Source of the DNA: Eledone cirrhosa
Taxonomy: Eukaryota
Length of the DNA stretch: 64,000 nt
NCBI GenBank assembly: GCA_964016885.1
Contig: OZ024741.1
Location: forward strand, 378,944,001 to 379,008,000
Reading direction: 5' to 3'
The position numbers were made by a program, and so were the translations under genes. A model generated the notes under the pieces. The model did not search any database, was not told the DNA's origin, and saw nothing but the letters and a program-made list of their open reading frames with translations. Below, piece after piece: positions 54,420 to 64,000 of the stretch (positions within the stretch are counted from its first letter, which is position 1; each line of letters begins with the position of its first letter).

Positions 54420-56546
54420 GTATAATAAACAATACAATATAATAACCTCATTACCAGAGGTTTCCCGAATAAGACGAATACGAAAAAAACGTCCTCATTC
54501 GTTCGTCGGACAAGGTAATATAAAACATAGTGAAATATTTGAAATATTTGGAAAGTGTCATCAACAAATGCAAAAAAATATATAAATAAAAGTAATGCAA
54601 GCGATATATTAAAAAATATAGAAAACTATACAAAAAATATAAGGAAATATAGTTAGGTATGTATATATGTATGTATATACATTCACAAATGTACATATGT
54701 CTGTATGTACAAATGCATGTGTATGGTGAAAATGTGTGCGTAAGTACATATATGAGGGCAAGTATATGTGTGTATATGTGACCACAAATATGGATATAAT
54801 ATGAGTTTAAAGAGAAGATGATGATATAGTTGACACGCATCTAGATACAGGTATTAAATACACATACGAGTATGAAAGCACGCGTATAAACACACACACA
54901 CGCGCAGTCACTTAGTGAAATGAAGTGTCATTCTCGATATATGTATAAAAATGAAACGATATATGAGAATGAAAAAAATGTTTAAATGAAAGAGAAAGTA
55001 ATCAATTAACACTAGAGAAAAGAAAAGATGTGCCTACTGCTTCTTATAAACCATACCATAAACCTAATGAAAATTTAAAATACATAAATAAAGGCTCTTG
55101 CCATCCTCCTATAGTTTTTAAAAACCTTATCCCTAATATTAGTCGTAGGATCTCCACCGTCTCTTCCTCAGAAGCTATTTTCAATAATAAAGCCCTTCAA
55201 AATAGAGGTTTTAGCGAACCGAGGAAGTACATACCCAACAATACTAACTCTGTTAAACATAATAATAGGAAAAGAAAAAATAATCTGGTTCACACCCCCC
55301 TACTCTCTAGCAGTTAAAACTAATGTAGGCAAAACATTCCTAGACCTTTTAGATAAACATTTCCCTAGAACACATATATACTATAAAATATTCAATAGAA
55401 ACTGTGTCAAAATTAGCTACTTCTGCGGTCCCGCTATTAAATCTTATATCATCAATAAGAAATCACCTAGAGAACATCAAAATTGCTCCTGTAGAGTCAA
55501 AAGTGAATGTCCATTACAAAGTAAAGGCAACACCAAAGCCATTGTATATGCGACTAAAGTGACAAACATTAGCAACAACCAACCAGCCACCAGTGAGCGA
55601 TATGTGGGTATGACACAAGACAAATTCAAAACGCGTTATTACTCACATATCGCATCTTTCCGACATCCACAAAAAAGATTCACAACAACTCTGGCTAGCA
55701 GAATATGGGATCTGAAAGACCAAGGTATCCAATATAAATTGGTTTGGTCAATTTTGAACCAATCTAAAGAATATGCAAGAGGAACAAGAAGATGCACACT
55801 CTGCATAAGTGAAAAATATTGGATTTTACAAAACCTTAAATCACCAAAAACCTGCCTAAATACAAAAACAGAAATGTTCACCAGTTGCCTACACAAGAAA
55901 TCACACTTGCTTACCAGCTCATATAAACTTAATTCACTTTCAGATACTTATCCTCCATAATCTCTCATTCTTCACTTTCCTTAAATTATTCTCTTTACAG
56001 ACTTCTTTTTCTGATTTACTTTCATTTTTAACTTTATTTTTAATTTTATTTTTTTACTTCACATCCACCAGTACCCCTCCCCAACTCTTCGATTCATTTA
56101 GCTTATAACTTCGCATTCCACATGTTACTCCCCCATTTTCTTTCACTACCTGATTCAACAGGTCACTTGCGTTTTCCTATCCAGATATATTCTGTTGTTT
56201 CGCAGCAGTTTTTATATTAGTAGTCATTTATTCATAAGGCTGCTTTATACTTTGTATCTATATGTCTGAGTGTTTTTATGTGTGTATACGTTCTGTATAT
56301 GTCTACGAGCGCCTCTGTATGTGTGCGTGCGTGCGTGTATATATATGTGTGTGTATGTGTGTTTTTATATCTATGTTTTTACATCTATGTTTTTTACATT
56401 CTTATTTTTACGTGCGTGCGTAAGCGGGTGAATGTACGTGAATGTGTGTGTGTGTGTGTGTATGTGTGTATGCGCATGTATGGGTGTGTATGTGTGTTTG
56501 TATGTATTATAGTCGCGTACGTACGTGTGATTAGATATACATGGAG

Positions 56547-56633
<87 letters not shown>

Positions 56634-57362
56634 AGTGCCTCGTGTGTATGTATGTACGCATATATGCGCTTTTGTCTGTACGTATTTGTGTGTATAAATA
56701 TTTTTAAGGATATATGTTATTTATAGATATATGTGTATGTACGTGCGTCACTATGTTTGTTTTCTTTTCTCTAGTGTTAATTGATTACTTTCTCTTTCAT
56801 TTAAAATTTTTTTTCATTCTCATATATTGTTTCATTTTTATACATATATCGAGAATGACACTTCTTTTCACTAAGTGACCGCGCGTGTGTGTGTGTTTAT
56901 ACGAGTGCTTTCAGACTCGTATGTGTATTTAATACCTGTATCTAGATGCGTGTCAACTATATCATCATCTTCTCTTTAAACTCATATTATATCCTTATTT
57001 GTGGTCACATATACACAAATATACTTGCCCTCATATATGTACTTACGCACACATTTTCACCATACACATGCATTTGTATATACACACATATGTACATTTG
57101 TGAGTGTATATACATACATGTATACATACCTAACTATATTTCCTTATATTATTTGTATATTTTTCTATATTTTTTAATATATCTCTTGCATTATTTTCAT
57201 TTATATATTGTTTGCATCTCTTGATGAGACTTTCCAAATATTTCACTATGTTTTATATTACCTTGTCTGACGAACGAATGAGGACGTTTTTTTCGTATTT
57301 GTCTTATTCGAGAAACCTCTGGTAATGAGGTAATTATATTGTATTGTTTATTATACATTAAA
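54420..57362 (+). mobile_element. Fold-back PLE: inverted pLTR 54420-55028, truncated thumb + GIY-YIG 55030-55960, long 3' UTR/pLTR to 57362
   Basis: ~600-bp inverted repeat (54420-55028 vs 56762-57360). ORF pieces YKPYHKPN..YINKGSCHPP and YVGMTQDKFKTRYYSH..WSIL..CTLCISEK..LN..CLH. Confidence 0.92.
57257..57334 (+). ncRNA. Type I hammerhead ribozyme, GUA site (cut after 57324); inverted copy 54442-54519 has CCGACGA
   Basis: attaccttgt-CTGACGA-a.cgaatgaggac..gtcttattcg.a-GAAA-cc tct g-GTA-atgaggtaat; 10-bp helix I. Confidence 0.85.
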
Positions 57363-57434
57363 TTTTGCTCTGGTACTTGCATAGAGCACTCTTCACTCCT
57401 ATGACATTTTCAATTTTCAACGGAAATTTCAATA

Positions 57435-57488
<54 letters not shown>

Positions 57489-57926
57489 CTATATATATAT
57501 ATATACTTAGGTTTGTTGGTTCACCACTGGATAGTACTGCTCATTCCGTATAATCAGCTATGATGTAATATTAGGAAAAGCACTTGACATTATGCAACTG
57601 ATCCACCTTCTTTTGTGTTGAATATTGTTGGTGGTGCGAGAACGCAGTTAATTATTATTGAGTAAAATTACAGGAGGCCGGATTGGTGAAATTCCTTCTA
57701 AGATTTATTTTAGCAAACACTATGTACATTTCAATGACCAAGTTCTTTAGAATTCTGGTAAATATCATCAGGTGTTTATTGCATAACAGTTATATACTAA
57801 AGGGATAATGGTAAACACATTCAAAGAGGCTAAAAACCAGAGTGAAATGTTACCTAAACTTATTGCACTACCCTAGAATATTACTTTCTATATTGTTTTG
57901 TTATATCTATTTATGTTCAGCAACTT

Positions 57927-57956
<30 letters not shown>

Positions 57957-57957
<1 letters not shown>

Positions 57958-58250
57958 TAGAAAGTGAGGTTTTTTTTTTAACAAAATGAAAAATAACCCA
58001 GGTGTCCTACACGAGTGAAAGTATAAAGACAAAGAGATGAAATCGAAAATGCAACTGGAGTCTTATTTTAAAAAAAAATATATATATTTATTTGGTTCCT
58101 TTACCAGTTTCGCAGTTCTTCTGCTTTTCAAAAGGTGAGTTGGGATGGAGGGTCTGTGGTTTTTCTCATATCTGTGAGACCAAATAAATATATATTTTGT
58201 TTTTAAAAATAAGACTCCAGTTGCATTTTCGATCTCATCTCTTTTTCTTT
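57957..58250. repeat. Family C miniature fold-back; U3-A8 HHR at 58098-58135 (-)
   Basis: Minus strand cctt-TTGAAAA-gcag aagaa ctgc-GAAA-ctg-GTA-aagg; 58178-58250 is the inverted partial arm; TA-flanked. Confidence 0.8.
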
Positions 58251-58267
58251 ATATATATATATATATA

Positions 58268-58412
<145 letters not shown>

Positions 58413-58506
58413 TTTGAGTATATGTTGGTTGTATACCAACACCTCAGTATGCAGATTGGAGCACACGACGAAGTGCGCAGGTTGGTTTGGTTACTCCGGA
58501 GTAATG

Positions 58507-60530
58507 TAATAAAAAATAAAATAAATTAAATAAGTCAAAAGTTTAAAATTTGGCTTCGTTTATTACTGCTATATATATTTCGGTGACAGCCATCTTTGGT
58601 TGTGACGTCTTCAAGCAGTCGGAATTGGTGTGGTAGAGACGAGTACACATGTTGTTGAAGTGTTTAACTTTGTGAATACTCTGATATGCCCAGTTCCTGA
58701 CTGGGTCGTTGTTTCATTGAGGAACTGGAATCATATGAATTTAAACACAGAAATTTCAGTGAAGGGAATCTTCTCTCATGGTTCAGTTGTGAGAACATTC
58801 CTCAGTCAGAGTTCTATAGAAATTCATCCTGAGACAAGGCCATCTGTAGTGGTTTTTCTTGTTATTGGTAACTACATCTGACCTCTATCTTTATGTTGGT
58901 AGTGGTATCGGTGTTAGAGTCAGCTCAAAAAAATGATAAAGTGGTACAAGGAATAAGGTGGTAGAGGAACCAAATAAAATAATCAAATAAAATGTGTATG
59001 TGTTATAAAGATGTTGGCCAAATTAGAAAGGCTGTGTCAGAATCAATCTCTAGGCTATTATGGTGTCTGCTCAGCCTGGGTGGGTCCCTATGGCTTGAGG
59101 GGAGTTCCCAACCTATGGTGTTGTTACTGCCAATATAGCTTGAGGGAGCTCTGGCCGAGAGGTATCTACATGTTCTGGAGAAGTCCCTATAGCTTGAGGG
59201 GAGTTTACATCTCAGTGTGTTGCTACTGTCCATATAGCTTGAGGAAGGTCCCGGCCCTGAGGTGTCTGCATGTCCCGAAGAAATGAGTTCTGAGGTTTAT
59301 CAGGCGACTTCCACCTCTTAGTATTAGCCAACATCTTTATAACACACACACATTTTATTTTACTTGACTTTTCATTGAATTTTCATTGATTTTTCATTTT
59401 TCTTCTCCTTATTGCCTTATATTTAAGTTGAGAATGGTTATAACACATACACTTTTTATTTAATTATCTTATTTCGTTTTATACTGTTACCATCTTTTTC
59501 CTCCTACCGCTTTATCAAACATCTTTCTGACCTTGAGATTGGTTATAGCACACACATTTTACTTTATTTGAATCTTCACTTCTATTTTCCACTTTCCATT
59601 CTCATATTTCATTTTTCATTTTTTCCTTTCTATTTTCATTTTTCATTTCTCATCTTTCATTTTTCATTAATTAATTTTTGATTTATTTATTATTTATCAT
59701 TTATTTTCTATTTTCTTCATTTTATTGCCTTCTATTTCTTCATATACACCAGCACCACAACCACCACAGGATATGGTGGCAGGATGGGTGAAGAAACACA
59801 CACAGATGCTTATAAATGTCAGCAGCAGCAAGCCATAGGCTGACCAAAACACCAACAACATTACCAAATTAAGGGTAGAGGTCAGATGTACTTAACGATA
59901 CCAAAAACAAATACTACAGGGAACCCCACCTAGGGAAAGAATTTCTATAAGAATTTTGAGTGAGGAATGCGCGCAAAACTGACCAATGGGAGGAGTGAAC
60001 TTACACATTTTTATAACATTGAGATTGGGTATAACACACACACACATTTTATTTGATTATTATATTTGGTTCCTCTACCACCTTATTCCTTCTACCCATT
60101 TATCATTTTCTTAGCTGACTCTAACACCGACACCACTACCAACAAAATAGTAGAGGTCAGATGTACTTAGCAATAACAAGAAAAACCACTACAGATGGCC
60201 TTGTCTCAGAATTAATTCCTATAGAATTCTGACTGAGGAATGTTCTCACAACTGACCAATGACAGGAAATATCCTTTGACACTGAAATTCGTTTGTTTAA
60301 ATTCATATGATTCCAGTTCCTCAATGAGACAACAACCCAACCAGGAACTGGGCATATCAGAGTATTGACAAAGTTAAACACCTCAACAACATGTGTACTC
60401 GTCTCTACCACATTAATTCGGACTGCCTGAAGAGGTCACAACCAAAGATGGCTGTCACCGAAATATATATAGCAGTAGTAAACGAAGCCAAATTTTATAC
60501 ATTTGACTTATTTATTTTATTTTATTTTAT
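58507..60530 (+). mobile_element. Non-coding fold-back element, ~500-bp inverted arms, HHR in each arm
   Basis: 58510-59005 is the reverse complement of 60035-60530; internal GC-richer short repeats at 59085-59280; ends at (TA)n. Confidence 0.85.
60422..60476 (+). ncRNA. Type I hammerhead ribozyme, AUA site (cut after 60471); inverted copy 58565-58619 has TTGAAGA
   Basis: actgc-CTGAAGA-ggtcacaacca aaga tggctgtcacc-GAAA-tatat-ATA-gcagt. Confidence 0.87.
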
Positions 60531-60665
60531 ATATATATATATATATTTAAACGTTTGTATATATATAATAAAGCCAAACCAATGCAGGTATGGACATAGA
60601 TAAAGCATGCAAATGCGAAAGATATTGTTGACAATTAGTCTTTTACCTTAGATTTATTTAAATGT

Positions 60666-60700
60666 CCTTAATTTTCGAGATAATATCTCTTCTTCAGAGG
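60666..60700 (-). ncRNA. Minimal type I HHR in an inverted pLTR upstream of a PLE RT fragment
   Basis: Minus strand cct-CTGAAGA-a.gagat att atctc-GAA-AATT-A-agg. Confidence 0.7.
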
Positions 60701-61132
60701 GAAGTAATCTCTCAAACCAGTGTTCTAAATAGCTTGCCAAGTCATGCTGACAGGAAATGGTATAGAGTATCTGTTCTATCTCTAATGTCAAAGAGTTAAA
60801 ATTAGGTGGATAAAGAGTAGTCTCCCTTTAAAAGAGGTTTGTTTTTGTTTTGTTTTTGTTTTTTATACATGTCTGTTTAAGTGTGTGGGAGAATGCATGA
60901 AGGTGTAAGTATGTGAGTGTGTGTGTGTGAGCGTGAGAAGATATGTATATTCGTAAATGTGGGGGATAGGTGTTACCTGGTGTTAGAACTGGTTTTGTGT
61001 GTGTATGTGTGAGAGAGAATAAGTGGAGGTGTAAGCGTGTGTGTGTGTGTGTGTGCGTGTGTGTGGGGTGTGTGTAAATATGGAGCTAGAAGCTCTATCA
61101 GGTTATAAATTGGCTGTTGAAATAGCAGACTG

Positions 61133-61383
61133 CCCACTTTCTACCACCTCATCAAGACCCACAAGAATAGTACTAAGACGCAAATAAGACCCACCGTCTC
61201 TAGCATAGAAGGACCCCTACACAAAATTTCCTGGCTCCTCTCCCAGGTCCTCAAGCCTCTACTCTCCCCCTTTTCCGGGCATGTCAGTAGCTCCGACGAA
61301 GTTATACGTAGACTACACCAACTCCAGCCGGAACAACTTAAACTAAATAAATACGCCTTTAGCCTCGACGTTGTCAATATTTA
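61133..61383 (+). pseudogene. PLE reverse transcriptase fragment (not in the ORF track; no start codon)
   Basis: PTFYHLIKTHK..IRPTVSSIEGPLHKISWLLSQVLKPL..YAFSLDVVNI*. Confidence 0.85.
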
Positions 61384-61700
61384 GTATGATCGACCCTCCG
61401 AATCGATCGTAAAGCAATGATATCTTTTAGGTAAAATAACTTGACTTTGTTGTTTTTATTTTCATTGTTAATTTAATATATAATATCTGAGCCTTTTTCT
61501 AAGGAATTAACTCAGCGGAACACATAACCTCTCTATGGAATTCACTGGATTACTCGCCATCGGATTACATTCACCTCTTTCTACGGTACGGTCCCTACCA
61601 CCAAAGGTAGACGACACTGAAAAAGAAAAAAATATATATATACGTGTTTGTCTAAGTATGTGCGTGCGTGTGTGTGTGTGTGTTTTGTGTGTGCGTGTGT

Positions 61701-61750
<50 letters not shown>

Positions 61751-62090
61751 GTGTGTGTGTGTGTGTGTGTGTGTATGCGTATGTGTGTGTGTGTGTGTGA
61801 GAGAGAGAGACAATGTTATGTTTCTAAGCATATACATTATGCTGGGATGCAACGAATTATTAAATATAAATGTATTCATACACGTATATGCATATAAAAA
61901 ATATGTATACCTATATATATTTTTTGTTGACATAAATATGTTTTATCTACTATAATTTATAAATATTTTTTTTTATATGTACGAATATATGAAATTAGTG
62001 TCATTATACACTATGATAAATCTTTGATCATTCGGACCAATTAACGTAGATATTCAAAATATATATGTATATGTAATTATATAAAATATA

Positions 62091-62122
<32 letters not shown>

Positions 62123-63689
62123 ATTTAATGATTACAATTGTCATATATATCTGTGTTCTATCTGCTAAATGTGTTATTACATAATTACTAATATCTAATT
62201 AAATGTGGTATGGTTATATGTATACTAATGTAATTAAGTAATTGTAATTAAGTTATATATTACATTTAAAAAGAAATATATATGTATTATATTAATATAA
62301 CAAGGGTCAAAGGGAAGTAATCCCTTAAGCTAGATTGTTAATGATTAATATAAACCTTTCATACGAGTTATTGCATACATGTTTGTGTTGTGGATTTAAT
62401 GGAATTAATATACTAAAACAATAAAACTAGTTAATACTCTTATATTATATGAAAGTGTGATTCAACCTGTATATTATTCCAATAAAAAGTAGTTGATGAG
62501 TAGGTGAACAGTATCTGAATGAACTTTTATTTATATAGAGTATTGCCTTAATATCAATATATGCAATAGTGTACATAACTGATAGATTATTTGGTTATTA
62601 TTTACATAGTATTGTTTCAATATAAATGCAGAAATAAACATAGAAAATATTCTAATTTAATTTATATTAGTCTATTATAATTTATTTAATAATTCTAACA
62701 TTTTCTTTTATTTCAGAGATTATTTAGGTATTATTCTAATAGTTTTGATTCAAAATAAATACAGAAATAATAGTGGAAATTAATATAATTTAAATTATAT
62801 TGAACTATTATTATATATCTACTAATTTACAAATAGTGTACTTCATAAAGTTATTAAAATTAAAGACAATAATTATCTATACTTGATTTTTATTATTATT
62901 GATCATGAATTATTCAGTATTACAATTAAGCAAACTCAACCTATAAACAACAATTATGTGTATAATAAAAAATTGGGCATATTCATTATATATAGCAAAT
63001 TAACATTATTGGAGATTGAGAATTAGCAATTTCTTATATGAATTAGGATTAATTAATTTACGTTATTATTCATATAGTACTTAAATTGGAGCAAGTATTT
63101 AGAAGGACAAGTACATATAATTTCGAAACGCCTATTTAAATGGAGGCGCTAGAATTAATAATTAATTGACATTCAAGGAGGCAAAACCTACATATTGTAT
63201 TATTAGGTTTATATGCGGGGGATCTACCTAAAATTGTCCAAATTAAAATATATGGTATGTTCTTTTATTTCAAATCTCATACAAAGCTATCTAGTGATGT
63301 TACTTGTTTTAATTTGGGCTTTCTAAATGAGAGAGTATGGGAGCTGGATCTTGTTTCGACACTATCAGCTGTCGCTCCTATGTAGAGTTAAGAATGAATA
63401 GGTGTAATAACAACGCAACCATATAACACATTGTTGGCCAACCAGTTATCATTAAGCGGACATATTGCCTGGTATCTATAGTTACAATGTACACTATTAT
63501 TTGAATTATGGTGTGGTATATTATTTCTTACGATACTTATAATAAATGTATTATCAATGTTTCATTGTGTATGCATATAAATTGAAAAGTTAGTTGTAAT
63601 ATAGTGTGTCATAAAAATAGGTATTGTACTATTAGTATTATTAATTAAAGAGTTAATTTAGTTAGATGTATTCAATCATTGTATCTTGC

Positions 63690-63802
63690 CATTCTGAGTT
63701 CAACTCCTGCCGAGGTTAACTTTGTCTTTCATCCTTATGGGGTCGATAAAATAAAGTACCAGTAATACACTGGGTATGGGCCAACAGTAGAAACAATTAT
63801 TA
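63690..63802 (+). mobile_element. MetaSINE, 5'-truncated
   Basis: B box, Meta-like domain and tail. Confidence 0.8.
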
Positions 63803-63941
63803 TTAATTATAGATGATCTCATTCATATGCTGTTATAATTTCATATTGTTACTAAAGGCTAAATGTTTGGTATGGTTAAGAAATATAGCATAATTGTATT
63901 GTTGTTAATAGACTAATTAACAAAAGAATCATTATCATTAT

Positions 63942-64000
63942 CTTCTTCTTCTTCTTCTTCTTCTTCTTCTTCTTCTTCTTCTTCTTCTTCTTCTTCTTCT
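63942..64000. repeat. (CTT)n microsatellite running off the window
   Basis: Direct reading; could be the tail of another RTE copy, as at 4548. Confidence 0.95.

Noticed and set aside
59085-59280. CRISPR-like repeat/spacer pattern
   Set aside because: Eukaryotic context, intervening sequences are similar to one another, no cas genes; it is a degenerate minisatellite
61980-63680. Very AT-rich stretch considered as a mitochondrial insertion (NUMT)
   Set aside because: No recognisable rRNA, tRNA or mitochondrial protein motifs in the frames I translated; a BLASTN against mitogenomes would settle it

Overview
AT-rich, repeat-dominated animal DNA with no intact host gene that I can recognise. The Meta-type and CORE-type tRNA SINEs and the (TA)n load suggest a cephalopod, probably Octopus (inference). 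Contents: (1) at least six decayed Penelope-like retroelements (PLEs; RT/GIY-YIG remnants), several as fold-back structures with an inverted pseudo-LTR, bounded by (TA)n tracts; (2) about 15-20 type I hammerhead ribozyme (HHR) motifs in those termini. Three unrelated repeat families use the compensatory U3-A8 core (UUGAnAA instead of CUGAnGA). One forms a non-coding, retrozyme-like tandem with HHRs 593 nt apart (52150/52743); (3) a 10-25 kb nest of R4/Dong-like RLE non-LTR elements joined head-to-tail through (TAA)n tails, with a full-length Tx1/L1-clade element beside the last (TTA)n tract; (4) a decayed RTE-like LINE with a (GAA)n tail, about 12 MetaSINE copies, one CORE-SINE, a TIR-bounded relic and one possible orphan coding exon. 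All structures were folded and aligned by eye. Element boundaries are approximate, and most short ORFs in the track are microsatellite artefacts.
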